Notes: a model not told the origin generated them from the sequence alone. DNA of 64,000 nucleotides from Eledone cirrhosa (GCA_964016885.1 OZ024744.1:2170001-2234000); one strand, 5' to 3'. Counted from the first letter of the stretch, positions 27,201 through 42,300 are shown. Numbers and translations are program-made.

Positions 27201-30200
27201 ATCTTTCTCTACCTTGTCTTCCCTCAGAACTTCTTTCTTCACCAAGCTATCTTTCTCTACCTTGTCCTCCCCCAAAACTTCGTTCTTCACCAAGCTATCT
27301 TTCTCTACCTTGTCTTCCCCCAAAACTTCGTTCTTCGCAAGCTATCTTTCTCTACCTTGTTTTCCCCCAAAACTTCGTTGTTCACCAAGCTATCTTTCTC
27401 TACCTTGTCTTCCCCCAAAACTTCGTTCTTCACCAAGCTATCTTTCTCTACCTTGTCTTCCCCCAAAACTTCGTTCTTCACCAAGCTATCTTTCTCTACC
27501 TTGTCCTCCCACAAAACTTCGTTCTTCACCAAGCTATCTTTCTCTACCTTGTCTTCCCACAAAACGTCGTTCTTCACCAAGCTATCTTTCTCTACCTTGT
27601 CTTCCCTCAAAACTTCGTTCTTCACCAAGCTATCTTTCTCTACCTTGTCTTCCCTCAAAACGTCGTTCTTCACCAAGCTATCTTTCTCTACCTTGTCTTC
27701 TCCCAAAACTTCGTTATTCACCAAGCTATCTTTCTCTACCTTGTCTTCCCTCAAAACTTCGTTCTTCACCAAGCTATCTTTCTCTACCTTGTCTTCCCCC
27801 AAAACTTCGTTCTTCACCAAGCTATCTTTCTCTACCTTGTCTTCCCATAAAACTTCGTTCTTCACCAAGCTATCTTTCTCTACCTTGTCTTCCCACAAAA
27901 CGTCGTTCTTCACCAAGCTATCTTTCTCTACCTTGTCTTCCCTCAAAACTTCGTTCTTCACCAAGCTATCTTTCTCTACCTTATCTTCCCCCAAAACTTC
28001 GTTCTTCACCAAGCTATCTTTCTCTACCTTGTCTTCCTCCAAAACTTCGTTCTTCACCAAGCTATCTTTCTCTACCTTGTCTTCCCTCAGAACTTCGTTC
28101 TTCACCAAGCTATCTTTCTCTACCTTGTCCTCCCCCAAAACTTCGTTCTTCACCAAGCTATCTTTCTCTACCTCGTCTTCCCACAAAACGTCGTTCTTCA
28201 CCAAGCTATCTTTCTCTACCTTGTCTTCCCTCAAAACTTCGTTCTTCACCAAGCTATCTTTCTCTACATTGTCTTCCCCCAAAACTTCGTTCTTCACCAA
28301 GCTATCTTTCTCTACCTTGTCTTCCCCCAAAACTTCGTTCTTCACCAAGCTATCTTTCTCTACCTTGTCTTCCCTCAAAACTTCGTTCTTCACCAAGCTA
28401 TCTTTCTCGACCTTGTCTTCTCCCAAAACTTCGTTATTCACCAAGCTATCTTTCTCTACCTTGTCTTCCCACAAAACTTCGTTCTTCACCAAGCTATCTT
28501 TCTCTACCTTGTCTTCCCTCAAAACGTCGTTCTTCACCAAGCTATCTTTCTCTACATTGTCTTCCCCAAAACATCGTTCTTCACCAAGCTATCTTTCTCT
28601 ACCTTGTCTTCCCCCAAAACTTCGTTCTTCACCAAGCTATCTTTCTCTACCTTGTCTTCCCCCAAAACTTCGTTCTTCACCAAGCTATCTTTCTCTACCT
28701 TGTCTTCCCACAAAACGTCGTTCTTCACCAAGCTATCTTTCTCTATTTTGTCTTCCCTCAAAACGTCGTTCTTCACCAAGCTATCTTTCTCTACCTTGTC
28801 TTCCCTCAAAATTTCGTTCTTCACCAAGCTATCTTTCTCGACCTTGTCTTCTCCCAAAACTTCGTTATTCACCATGCTATCTTTCTCTACCTTGTCTTCC
28901 CTCAAAACTTCGTTCTTCACCAAGCTATCTTTCTCTACCTTGTCTTCCCCCAAAATTTCGTTCTTCGCAAGCTATCTTTCTCTACCTTGTCTTCCGTCAA
29001 AACTTCGTTCTTCACCAAGATATCTTTCTCTACCTTGTCTTCCCACAAAACGTCGTTCTTCACCAAGCTATCTTTCTCTACCTTGTCTTCCCTCAGAACT
29101 TCGTTCTTCACCAAGCTATCTTTCTCTACCTTGTCTTCCCCCAAAACTACGTTCTTCCCCAAGCTATCTTTCTCTAGATTGTCTTCACACAAAACCTCGT
29201 TCTTCACCAAGCTTTCTTTCTCTACCTTGTCTTCCCACAAAACGTCATTCTTCACCAAGCTATCTTTCTCTACCTTGTCTTCTCCCAAAACTTCGTTCTT
29301 CACCAAGCTATCTTTCTCTACCTTGTCTTCCCTCAGAACTTCGTTCTTCACCAAGCTATCTTTCTCTACCTTGTCTTCCCTCAAAACTTCGTTCTTCACC
29401 AAGCTATCTTTCTCTACCTTGTCTTCCCTCAAAACGTCGTTCTTCACCAAACTAACTTTCTCTACCTTGTCTTCTCCCAAAACTTCGTTATTCACCAAGC
29501 TATATTTCTCTACCTTGTCTTCCCCCAAAACTTCGTTCTTCACCAAGCTTTCTTTCTCTACACTGTCTTCCCCAAAACTTCGTTCTTCACCAAGCTATCT
29601 TTCTCTACCTTGTCTTCCCCCAAAACTTCGTTCTTCACCAAGCTATCTTTCTCTATTTTGTCTTCCCTCAAAACGTCGTTCTTCACCAAGCTATCTTTCT
29701 CTACCTTGTCTTCCCTCAAAATTTCGTTCTTCACCAAGCTATCTTTCTCGACCTTGTCTTCTCCCAAAACTTCGTTATTCACCAAGCTATCTTTCTCTAC
29801 CTTGTCTTCCCTCAAAACTTCGTTCTTCACCAAGCTATCTTTCTCTACCTTGTCTTCCCCCAAAACTTCGTTCTTCACCAAGCTATCTTTCTCTACCTTG
29901 TCTTCCCCCAAAATTTCGTTCTTCACCAAGCTATCTTTCTCTACTTTGTCTTCCCCCAAAACTTCGTTCTTCACCAAGTCATCTTTCTCTACCTTGTCAT
30001 CCCTCAAAACTTCGTTCTTCACCAATCTATCTTTCTCTACCTTGTCTTCCCCCAAAACTACGTTCTTCACCAAGCTATCTTTCTCTAGCTTGTCTTCACA
30101 CAAAACCTCGTTCTTCACCAAGCTATCTTTCTCTACCTTGTCTTCCCACAAAACGTCATTCTTCACCAAGCTATCTTTCTCTACCTTGTCTTCTCCCAAA

Positions 30201-30950
30201 ACTTCGTTCTTCACCAAGCTATCTTTCTCTACCTTGTCTTCCCCCAAAACTTCGTTCTTCACCAAGCTATCTTTCTCTACCTTGTCTTCCCCCAAAATTT
30301 CGTTCTTCGCAAGCTATCTTTCTCTACCTTGTCTTCCGTCAAAACTTCGTTCTTCACCAAGATATCTTTCTCTACCTTGTCTTCCCACAAAACGTCGTTC
30401 TTCACCAAGCTATCTTTCTCTACCTTGTCTTCCCTCAGAACTTCGTTCTTCACCAAGCTATCTTTCTCTACCTTTTCTTCCCCCAAAACTACGTTCTTCA
30501 CCAAGCTATCTTTCTCTAGCTTGTCTTCACACAAAACCTCGTTCTTCACCAAGCTTTCTTTCTCTACATTGTCTTCCCACAAAACGTCATTCTTCACCAA
30601 GCTATCTTTCTCTACCTTGTCTTCTCCCAAAACTTCGTTCTTCACCAAGCTATCTTTCTCTACCTTGTCTTCCCTCAAAACTTCGTTCTTCACCAAGCTA
30701 TCTTTCTCTACCTTGTCTTCCCTCAAAACTTCGTTCTTCACCAAGCTATCTTTCTCTACCTTGTCTTCCCTCAAAACGTCGTTCTTCACCAAGCTATCTT
30801 TCTCTACCTTGTCTTCTCCCAAAACTTCGTTATTCACCAAGCTATCTTTCTCTACCTTGTCTTCCCCCAAAACTTCGTTCTTCACCAAGCTTTCTTTCTC
30901 TACACTGTCTTCCCCAAAACTTCGTTCTTCACCAAGCTATCTTTCTCTAC
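21270..30950. repeat. Dispersed block duplication ~21270-23280 / ~28940-30950 (offset 7669 bp = 160 monomers - 11 bp)
   Basis: 21266/28935, 21889/29558, 22608/30277 and 23231/30900 share offset 7669. Private markers tctagatt (~21508/29177) and ccaaacta (~21782/29451) are shared. Confidence 0.88.
22700..26270. repeat. Block duplication ~22700-24160 / ~24810-26270 (offset 2109 bp = 44 monomers - 3 bp)
   Basis: 23231/25340 and 23918/26027 share the offset. Private markers ctcccacaac and actttgtt are present in both copies. Confidence 0.87.
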
Positions 30951-33330
30951 CTTGTCTTCCCCCAAAACTTCGTTCTTCACCAAGCTATCTTTCTCTACCT
31001 TGTCTTCCCCCAAAACTTCGTTCTTCACCAAGCTATCTTTCTCTACCTTGTCTTCCCCCAAAGCTTCGTTCTTCACCAAGCTATCTTTCTCTACCTTGTC
31101 TTCCCACAAAACTTCGTTCTTCACCAAGCTATCTTTCTCTACCTTGTCTTCCCACAAAACGTCGTTCTTCACCAAGCTATCTTTCTCTACCTTGTCTTCC
31201 CTCAAAACTTCGTTCTTCACCAAGCTATCTTTCTCTACCTTATCTTCCCCCAAAACTTCGTTCTTCACCAAGCTATCTTTCTCTACCTTGTCTTCCCCCA
31301 AAACTTCGTTCTTCACCAAGCTATCTTTCTCTACCTTGTCTTCCCTCAAAACTTCGTTCTTCACCAAGCTATCTTTCTCGACCTTGTCTTCTCCCAAAAC
31401 TTCGTTATTCACCAAGCTATCTTTCTCTACCTTGTCTTCTCCCAAAACTTCGTTATTCACCAAGCTATCTTTCTCTACCTTGTCTTCCCTCAAAACTTCG
31501 TTCTTCACCAAGCTATCTTTCTCTACCTTGTCTTCCCCCAAAACTTCGTTCTTCACCAAGCTATCTTTCTCTACCTTGTCTTCCCCCAAAACTTCGTTCT
31601 TCACCAAGTCATCTTTCTCTACCTTGTCATCCCTCTAAACTTCGTTCTTCACCAATCTATCTTTCTCTACCTTGTCTTCGCCCAAAACTACGTTCTTCAC
31701 CAAGCTATCTTTCTCTAGCTTGTCTTCACACAAAACCTCGTTCTTCACCAAGCTATCTTTCTCTACCTTGTCTTCACTCAGAACTTCGTTCTTCACCAAG
31801 CTATCTTTCTCTACCTTGTCTTCCCCCAAAACTTCGTTCTTCACCAAGCTATCTTTATCTACCTTGTCTTCCCCCAAAACTACGTTCTTCACCAAGCTAT
31901 CTTTCTCTACCTTGTCCTCCCCCAAAACTTCGTTCTTCACCAAGCTATCTTTCTCTACCTTGTCTTCCCTCAGAACTTCGTTCTTCACCAAGCTATCTTT
32001 CTCTACCTTGTCTTCCCCCAAAACTTCGTTCTTCACCAAGCTATCTTTCTCTACATTGTCTTCCCCAAAACTTCGTTCTTCACCAAGCTATCTTTCTCTA
32101 CCTTGTCTTCCCCCAAAACTTCGTTCTTCACCAAGCTATCTTTCTCTACCTTGTCTTCCCCCAAAACTTCGTTCTTCACCAAGTCATCTTTCTCTACCTT
32201 GTCATCCCTCAAAACTTCGTTCTTCACCAATCTATCTTTCTCTACCTTGTCTTCCCCCAAAACTACGTTCTTCACCAAGCTATCTTTCTCTAGCTTGTCT
32301 TCACACAAAACCTCGTTCTTCACCAAGCTATCTTTCTCTACCTTGTCTTCCCACAAAACGTCATTCTTCACCAAGCTATCTTTCTCTACCTTGTCTTCTC
32401 CCAAAACTTCGTTCTTCACCAAGCTATCTTTCTCTACCTTGTCTTCCCTCAGAACTTCGTTCTTCACCAAGCTATCTTTCTCTACCTTGTCCTCCCCCAA
32501 AACTTCGTTCTTCACCAAGCTATCTTTCTCTACCTTGTCTTCCCCCAAAACTTCGTTCTTCGCAAGCTATCTTTCTCTACCTTGTTTTCCCCCAAAACTT
32601 CGTTGTTCACCAAGCTATCTTTCTCTACCTTGTCTTCCCCCAAAACTTCGTTCTTCACCAAGCTATCTTTCTCTACCTTGTCTTCCCCCAAAACTTCGTT
32701 CTTCACCAAGCTATCTTTCTCTACCTTGTCCTCCCACAAAACTTCGTTCTTCACCAAGCTATTTTTCTCTACCTTGTCTTCCCACAAAACGTCGTTCTTC
32801 ACCAAGCTATCTTTCTCTACCTTGTCTTCCCTCAAAACTTCGTTCTTCACCAAGCTATCTTTCTCTACCTTGTGTTCCCCCAAAACTTCGTTGTTCACCA
32901 AGCTATCTTTCACTACCTTGTCTTCCCCCAAAACTTCGTTCTTCACCAAGCTATCTTTCTCTACCTTGTCTTCCCCCAAAACTTCGTTCTTCACCAAGCT
33001 ATCTTTCTCTACCTTGTCTTCCCACAAAACGTCGTTCTTCACCAAGCTATCTTTCTCTACCTTGTCTTCCCTCAAAACTTCGTTCTTCACCAAGCTATCT
33101 TTCTCTACCTTATCTTCCCCCAAAACTTCGTTCTTCACCAAGCTATCTTTCTCTACTTTGTCTTCCCCCAAAACTTCGTTCTTCACCAAGCTATCTTTCT
33201 CTACCTTGTCTTCCCTCAGAACTTCGTTCTTCACCAAGCTATCTTTCTCTACCTTGTCCTCCCCCAAAACTTCGTTCTTCACCAAGCTATCTTTCTCTAC
33301 CTTGTCTTCCCCCAAAACTTCGTTCTTCAC

Positions 33331-36300
33331 AAGCTATCTTTCTCTACCTTGTCCTCCCACAAAACTTCGTTCTTCACCAAGCTATCTTTCTCTACCTTGT
33401 CTTCCCACAAAACGTCGTTCTTCACCAAGCTATCTTTCTCTACCTTGTCTTCCCTCAAAACTTCGTTCTTCACCAAGCTATCTTTCTCTACCTTGTCTTC
33501 CCTCAAAACGTCGTTCTTCACCAAGCTATCTTTCTCTACCTTGTCTTCTCCCAAAACTTCGTTATTCACCAAGCTATCTTTCTCTACCTTGTCTTCCCTC
33601 AAAACTTCGTTCTTCACCAAGCTATCTTTCTCTACCTTGTCTTCCCCCAAAACTTCGTTGTTCACCAAGCTATCTTTCTCTACCTTGTCTTCCCCCAAAA
33701 CTTCGTTCTTCACCAAGCTATCTTTCTCTACCTTGTCTTCCCCCAAAACTTCGTTCTTCACCAAGCTATCTTTCTCTACCTTGTCTTCCCACAAAACTTC
33801 GTTCTTCACCAAGCTATCTTTCTCTACCTTGTCTTCCCACAAAACGTCGTTCTTCACCAAGCTATCTTTCTCTACCTTGTCTTCCCTCAAAACTTCGTTC
33901 TTCACCAAGCTATCTTTCTCTACCTTGTCTTCCCTCAAAACGTCGTTCTTCACCAAGCTACCTTTCTCTACCTTGTCTTCTCCCAAAACTTCGTTCTTCA
34001 CCAAGCTATCTTTCTCTACCTTGTCTTCCCTCAAAACTTCGTTCTTCACCAAGCTATCTTTCTCTACCTTGTCTTCCCCCAAAACTTCGTTGTTCACCAA
34101 GCTATCTTTCTCTACCTTGTCTTCCCCCAAAACTTCGTTCTTCACCAAGCTATCTTTCTCTACCTTGTCTTCCCCCAAAACTTCGTTCTTCACCAAGCTA
34201 TCTTTCTCTACCTTGTCTTCCCACAAAACATCGTTCTTCACCAAGCTATCTTTCTCTGCCTTGTCTTCCCACAAAACGTCGTTCTTCACCAAGCTATCTT
34301 TCTCTACCTTGTCTTCCCTCAAAACTTCGTTCTTCACCAAGCTATCTTTCTCTACCTTGTCTTCCCCCAAAACTTCGTTCTTCACCAAGCTATCTTTCTC
34401 TACCTTGTCTTCCCCCAAAACTTCGTTCTTCACCAAGCTATCTTTCTCTACCTTGTCTTCCCTCAAAACTTCGTTCTTCACCAAGCTATCTTTCTCGACC
34501 TTGTCTTCTCCCAAAACTTCGTTATTCACCAAGCTATCTTTCTCTACCTTGTCTTCCCACAAAACTTCGTTCTTCACCAAGCTATCTTTCTCTACCTTGT
34601 CTTCCCTCAAAACGTCGTTCTTCACCAAGCTATCTTTCTCTACCTTGTCTTCCCTCAAAACGTCGTTCTTCACCAAGCTATCTTTCTCTACCTTGTCTTC
34701 CCTCAAAACGTCGTTCTTCACCAAGCTATCTTTCTCTACCTTGTCTTCTCCCAAAACTTCGTTATTCACCAAGCTATCTTTTTCTACCTTGTCTTCCCTC
34801 AAAACTTCGTTCTTCACCAAGCTATCTTTCTCTACCTTGTCTTCCCCCAAAACTTCGTTCTTCACCAAGCTATCTTTCTCTACCTTGTCTTCCCACAAAA
34901 CGTCGTTCTTCACCAAGCTATCTTTCTCTATTTTGTCTTCCCTCAAAACGTCGTTCTTCACCAAGCTATCTTTCTCTACCTTGTCTTCCCTCAAAATTTC
35001 GTTCTTCACCAAGCTATCTTTCTCGACCTTGTCTTCTCCCAAAACTTCGTTATTCACCAAGCTATCTTTCTCTACCTTGTCTTCCCACAAAACTTCGTTC
35101 TTCACCAAGCTATCTTTCTCTACCTTGTCTTCCCTCAAAACGTCGTTCTTCACCAAGCTATCTTTCTCTACCTTGTCTTCCCTCAAAACGTCGTTCTTCA
35201 CCAAGCTATCTTTCTCTACCTTGTCTTCCCTCAAAACGTCGTTCTTCACCAAGCTATCTTTCTCTACCTTGTCTTCTCCCAAAACTTCGTTATTCACCAA
35301 GCTATCTTTCTCTACCTTGTCCTCCCTCAAAACTTCGTTCTTCACCAAGCTATCTTTCTCTACCTTGTCTTCCCCCAAAACTTCGTTCTTCACCAAGCTA
35401 TCTTTCTCTACCTTGTCTTCCCACAAAACGTCGTTCTTCACCAAGCTATCTTTCTCTATTTTGTCTTCTCTCAAAACGTCGTTCTTCACCAAGCTATCTT
35501 TCTCTACCTTGTCTTCCCTCAAAATTTCGTTCTTCACCAAGCTATCTTTCTCGACCTTGTCTTCTCCCAAAACTTCGTTATTCACCAAGCTATCTTTCTC
35601 TACCTTGTCTTCCCTCAAAACTTCGTTCTTCACCAAGCTATCTTTCTCTACCTTGTCTTCGCCCAAAACTTCGTTCTTCACCAAGCTATCTTTCTCTACC
35701 TTGTCTTCCCCCAAAATTTCGTTCTTCACCAAGCTATCTTTCTCTACCTTGTCTTCCCCCAAAACTTCGTTCTTCACCAAGTCATCTTTCTCTACCTTGT
35801 CATCCCTCAAAACTTCGTTCTTCACCAATCTATCTTTCTCTACCTTGTCTTCCCCCAAAACTACGTTCTTCACCAAGCTATCTTTCTCTAGCTTGTCTTC
35901 ACACAAAACCTCGTTCTTCACCAAGCTATCTTTCTCTACCTTGTCTTCCCACAAAACGTCATTCTTCACCAAGCTATCTTTCTCTACCTTGTCTTCTCCC
36001 AAAACTTCGTTCTTCACCAAGCTATCTTTCTCTACCTTGTCTTCCCCCAAAATTTCGTTCTTCGCAAGCTATCTTTCTCTACCTTGTCTTCCGTCAAAAC
36101 TTCGTTCTTCACCAAGCTATCTTTCTCTACCTTGTCTTCCCCCAAAACTACGTTCTTCACCAAGCTATCTTTCTCTAGCTTGTCTTCACACAAAACCTCG
36201 TTCTTCACCAAGCTATCTTTCTCTACCTTGTCTTCCCACAAAACGTCGTTCTTCACCAAGCTATCTTTCTCTACCTTGTCTTCCCTCAGAACTTCGTTCT

Positions 36301-39300
36301 TCACCAAGCTATCTTTCTCTACCTTGTCTTCCCCCAAAACTACGTTCTTCACCAAGCTATCTTTCTCTAGCTTGTCTTCACACAAAACCTCGTTCTTCAC
36401 CAAGCTTTCTTTCTCTACCTTGTCTTCCCACAAAACGTCATTCTTCACCAAGCTATCTTTCTCTACCTTGTCTTCTCCCAAAACTTCGTTCTTCACCAAG
36501 CTATCTTTCTCTACCTTGTCTTCCCTCAGAACTTCGTTCTTCACCAAGCTATCTTTCTCTACCTTGTCTTCCCTCAAAACTTCGTTCTTCACCAAGCTAT
36601 CTTTCTCTACCTTGTCTTCCCTCAAAACGTCGTTCTTCACCAAGCTATCTTTCTCTACCTTGTCTTCTCCCAAAACTTCGTTATTCACCAAGCTATCTTT
36701 CTCTACCTTGTCTTCCCCCAAAACTTCGTTCTTCACCAAGCTTTCTTTCTCTACACTGTCTTCCCCAAAACTTCGTTCTTCACCAAGCTATCTTTCTCTA
36801 CCTTGTCTTCCCCCAAAACTTCGTTGTTCACCAAGCTATCTTTCTCTACCTTGTCTTCCCCAAAAACTTCGTTCTTCACCAAGCTATCTTTCTCTACCTT
36901 GTCCTCCCCCAAAGCTTCGTTCTTCACCAAGCTATCTTTCTCTACCTTGTCTTCCCACAATACTTCGTTCTTCACCAAGCTATCTTTCTCTACCTTGTCT
37001 TCCCACAAAACGTCGTTCTTCACCAAGCTATCTTTCTCTACCTTGTCTTCCCTCAAAACTTCGTTCTTCACCAAGCTATCTTTCTCTACCTTATCTTCCC
37101 CCAAAACTTCGTTCTTCACCAAGCTATCTTTCTCTACCTTGTCTTCCCCCAAAACTTCGTTCTTCACCAAGCTATCTTTCTCTACCTTGTCTTCCCTCAA
37201 AACTTCGTTCTTCACCAAGCTATCTTTCTCGACCTTGTCTTCTCCCAAAACTTCGTTATTCACCAAGCTATCTTTCTCTACCTTGTCTTCCCACAAAACT
37301 TCGTTCTTCACCAAGCTATCTTTCTCTACCTTGTCTTCCCTCAAAACGTCGTTCTTCACCAAGCTATCTTTCTCTACATTGTCTTCCCCAAAACATCGTT
37401 CTTCACCAAGCTATCTTTCTCTACCTTGTCTTCCCCCAAAACTTCGTTCTTCACCAAGCTATCTTTCTCTACCTTGTCTTCCCCCAAAACTTCGTTCTTC
37501 ACCAAGCTATCTTTCTCTACCTTGTCTTCCCACAAAACGTCGTTCTTCACCAAGCTATCTTTCTCTATTTTGTCTTCCCTCAAAACGTCGTTCTTCACCA
37601 AGCTATCTTTCTCTACCTTGTCTTCCCTCAAAATTTCGTTCTTCACCAAGCTATCTTTCTCGACCTTGTCTTCTCCTAAAACTTCGTTATTCACCAAGCT
37701 ATCTTTCTCTACCTTGTCTTCTCCCAAAACTTCGTTATTCACCAAGCTATCTTTCTCTACCTTGTCTTCCCTCAAAACTTCGTTCTTCACCAAGCTATCT
37801 TTCTCTACCTTGTCTTCCCCCAAAACTTCGTTCTTCACCAAGCTATCTTTCTCTACCTTGTCTTCCCTCAAAACGTCGTTCTTCACCAAGCTATCTTTCT
37901 CTACCTTGTCTTCTCCCAAAACTTCGTTATTCACCAAGCTATCTTTCTCTACCTTGTCCTCCCTCAAAACTTCGTTCTTCACCAAGCTATCTTTCTCTAC
38001 CTTGTCTTCTCCCAAAACTTCGTTATTCACCAAGCTATCTTTCTCTACCTTGTCCTCCCACAAAACTTCGTTCTTCACCAAGCTATCTTTCTCTACCTTG
38101 TCTTCCCACAAAACGTCGTTCTTCACCAAGCTATCTTTCTCTACCTTGTCTTCCCTCAAAACTTCGTTCTTCACCAAGCTATCTTTCTCTACCTTGTCTT
38201 CCCTCAAAACGTCGTTCTTCACCAAGCTATCTTTCTCTACCTTGTCTTCTCCCAAAACTTCGTTATTCACCAAGCTATCTTTCTCTACCTTGTCTTCCCT
38301 CAAAACTTCGTTCTTCACCAAGCTATCTTTCTCTACCTTGTCTTCCCCCAAAACTTCGTTGTTCACCAAGCTATCTTTCTCTACCTTGTCTTCCCCCAAA
38401 ACTTCGTTCTTCACCAAGCTATCTTTCTCTACCTTGTCTTCCCCCAAAACTTCGTTCTTCACCAAGCTATCTTTCTCTACCTTGTCTTCCCACAAAACTT
38501 CGTTCTTCACCAAGCTATCTTTCTCTACCTTGTCTTCCCACAAAACGTCGTTCTTCACCAAGCTATCTTTCTCTACCTTGTCTTCCCTCAAAACTTCGTT
38601 CTTCACCAAGCTATCTTTCTCTACCTTGTCTTCCCTCAAAACGTCGTTCTTCACCAAGCTACCTTTCTCTACCTTGTCTTCTCCCAAAACTTCGTTCTTC
38701 ACCAAGCTATCTTTCTCTACCTTGTCTTCCCTCAAAACTTCGTTCTTCACCAAGCTATCTTTCTCTACCTTGTCTTCCCCCAAAACTTCGTTGTTCACCA
38801 AGCTATCTTTCTCTACCTTGTCTTCCCCCAAAACTTCGTTCTTCACCAAGCTATCTTTCTCTACCTTGTCTTCCCCCAAAACTTCGTTCTTCACCAAGCT
38901 ATCTTTCTCTACCTTGTCTTCCCACAAAACATCGTTCTTCACCAAGCTATCTTTCTCTGCCTTGTCTTCCCACAAAACGTCGTTCTTCACCAAGCTATCT
39001 TTCTCTACCTTGTCTTCCCTCAAAACTTCGTTCTTCACCAAGCTATCTTTCTCTACCTTGTCTTCCCCCAAAACTTCGTTCTTCACCAAGCTATCTTTCT
39101 CTACCTTGTCTTCCCCCAAAACTTCGTTCTTCACCAAGCTATCTTTCTCTACCTTGTCTTCCCTCAAAACTTCGTTCTTCACCAAGCTATCTTTCTCGAC
39201 CTTGTCTTCTCCCAAAACTTCGTTATTCACCAAGCTATCTTTCTCTACCTTGTCTTCCCACAAAACTTCGTTCTTCACCAAGCTATCTTTCTCTACCTTG

Positions 39301-42300
39301 TCTTCCCTCAAAACGTCGTTCTTCACCAAGCTATCTTTCTCTACCTTGTCTTCCCTCAAAACGTCGTTCTTCACCAAGCTATCTTTCTCTACCTTGTCTT
39401 CCCTCAAAACGTCGTTCTTCACCAAGCTATCTTTCTCTACCTTGTCTTCTCCCAAAACTTCGTTATTCACCAAGCTATCTTTTTCTACCTTGTCTTCCCT
39501 CAAAACTTCGTTCTTCACCAAGCTATCTTTCTCTACCTTGTCTTCCCCCAAAACTTCGTTCTTCACCAAGCTATCTTTCTCTACCTTGTCTTCCCACAAA
39601 ACGTCGTTCTTCACCAAGCTATCTTTCTCTATTTTGTCTTCCCTCAAAACGTCGTTCTTCACCAAGCTATCTTTCTCTACCTTGTCTTCCCTCAAAATTT
39701 CGTTCTTCACCAAGCTATCTTTCTCGACCTTGTCTTCTCCCAAAACTTCGTTATTCACCAAGCTATCTTTCTCTACCTTGTCTTCCCACAAAACTTCGTT
39801 CTTCACCAAGCTATCTTTCTCTACCTTGTCTTCCCTCAAAACGTCGTTCTTCACCAAGCTATCTTTCTCTACCTTGTCTTCCCTCAAAACGTCGTTCTTC
39901 ACCAAGCTATCTTTCTCTACCTTGTCTTCCCTCAAAACGTCGTTCTTCACCAAGCTATCTTTCTCTACCTTGTCTTCTCCCAAAACTTCGTTATTCACCA
40001 AGCTATCTTTCTCTACCTTGTCCTCCCTCAAAACTTCGTTCTTCACCAAGCTATCTTTCTCTACCTTGTCTTCCCCCAAAACTTCGTTCTTCACCAAGCT
40101 ATCTTTCTCTACCTTGTCTTCCCACAAAACGTCGTTCTTCACCAAGCTATCTTTCTCTATTTTGTCTTCCCTCAAAACGTCGTTCTTCACCAAGCTATCT
40201 TTCTCTACCTTGTCTTCCCTCAAAATTTCGTTCTTCACCAAGCTATCTTTCTCGACCTTGTCTTCTCCCAAAACTTCGTTATTCACCAAGCTATCTTTCT
40301 CTACCTTGTCTTCCCTCAAAACTTCGTTCTTCACCAAGCTATCTTTCTCTACCTTGTCTTCGCCCAAAACTTCGTTCTTCACCAAGCTATCTTTCTCTAC
40401 CTTGTCTTCCCCCAAAATTTCGTTCTTCACCAAGCTATCTTTCTCTACCTTGTCTTCCCCCAAAACTTCGTTCTTCACCAAGTCATCTTTCTCTACCTTG
40501 TCATCCCTCAAAACTTCGTTCTTCACCAATCTATCTTTCTCTACCTTGTCTTCCCCCAAAACTACGTTCTTCACCAAGCTATCTTTCTCTAGCTTGTCTT
40601 CACACAAAACCTCGTTCTTCACCAAGCTATCTTTCTCTACCTTGTCTTCCCACAAAACGTCATTCTTCACCAAGCTATCTTTCTCTACCTTGTCTTCTCC
40701 CAAAACTTCGTTCTTCACCAAGCTATCTTTCTCTACCTTGTCTTCCCCCAAAATTTCGTTCTTCGCAAGCTATCTTTCTCTACCTTGTCTTCCGTCAAAA
40801 CTTCGTTCTTCACCAAGCTATCTTTCTCTACCTTGTCTTCCCCCAAAACTACGTTCTTCACCAAGCTATCTTTCTCTAGCTTGTCTTCACACAAAACCTC
40901 GTTCTTCACCAAGCTATCTTTCTCTACCTTGTCTTCCCACAAAACGTCGTTCTTCACCAAGCTATCTTTCTCTACCTTGTCTTCCCTCAGAACTTCGTTC
41001 TTCACCAAGCTATCTTTCTCTACCTTGTCTTCCCCCAAAACTACGTTCTTCACCAAGCTATCTTTCTCTAGCTTGTCTTCACACAAAACCTCGTTCTTCA
41101 CCAAGCTTTCTTTCTCTACCTTGTCTTCCCACAAAACGTCATTCTTCACCAAGCTATCTTTCTCTACCTTGTCTTCTCCCAAAACTTCGTTCTTCACCAA
41201 GCTATCTTTCTCTACCTTGTCTTCCCTCAGAACTTCGTTCTTCACCAAGCTATCTTTCTCTACCTTGTCTTCCCTCAAAACTTCGTTCTTCACCAAGCTA
41301 TCTTTCTCTACCTTGTCTTCCCTCAAAACGTCGTTCTTCACCAAGCTATCTTTCTCTACCTTGTCTTCTCCCAAAACTTCGTTATTCACCAAGCTATCTT
41401 TCTCTACCTTGTCTTCCCCCAAAACTTCGTTCTTCACCAAGCTTTCTTTCTCTACACTGTCTTCCCCAAAACTTCGTTCTTCACCAAGCTATCTTTCTCT
41501 ACCTTGTCTTCCCCCAAAACTTCGTTGTTCACCAAGCTATCTTTCTCTACCTTGTCTTCCCCAAAAACTTCGTTCTTCACCAAGCTATCTTTCTCTACCT
41601 TGTCCTCCCCCAAAGCTTCGTTCTTCACCAAGCTATCTTTCTCTACCTTGTCTTCCCACAATACTTCGTTCTTCACCAAGCTATCTTTCTCTACCTTGTC
41701 TTCCCACAAAACGTCGTTCTTCACCAAGCTATCTTTCTCTACCTTGTCTTCCCTCAAAACTTCGTTCTTCACCAAGCTATCTTTCTCTACCTTATCTTCC
41801 CCCAAAACTTCGTTCTTCACCAAGCTATCTTTCTCTACCTTGTCTTCCCCCAAAACTTCGTTCTTCACCAAGCTATCTTTCTCTACCTTGTCTTCCCTCA
41901 AAACTTCGTTCTTCACCAAGCTATCTTTCTCGACCTTGTCTTCTCCCAAAACTTCGTTATTCACCAAGCTATCTTTCTCTACCTTGTCTTCCCACAAAAC
42001 TTCGTTCTTCACCAAGCTATCTTTCTCTACCTTGTCTTCCCTCAAAACGTCGTTCTTCACCAAGCTATCTTTCTCTACATTGTCTTCCCCAAAACATCGT
42101 TCTTCACCAAGCTATCTTTCTCTACCTTGTCTTCCCCCAAAACTTCGTTCTTCACCAAGCTATCTTTCTCTACCTTGTCTTCCCCCAAAACTTCGTTCTT
42201 CACCAAGCTATCTTTCTCTACCTTGTCTTCCCACAAAACGTCGTTCTTCACCAAGCTATCTTTCTCTATTTTGTCTTCCCTCAAAACGTCGTTCTTCACC

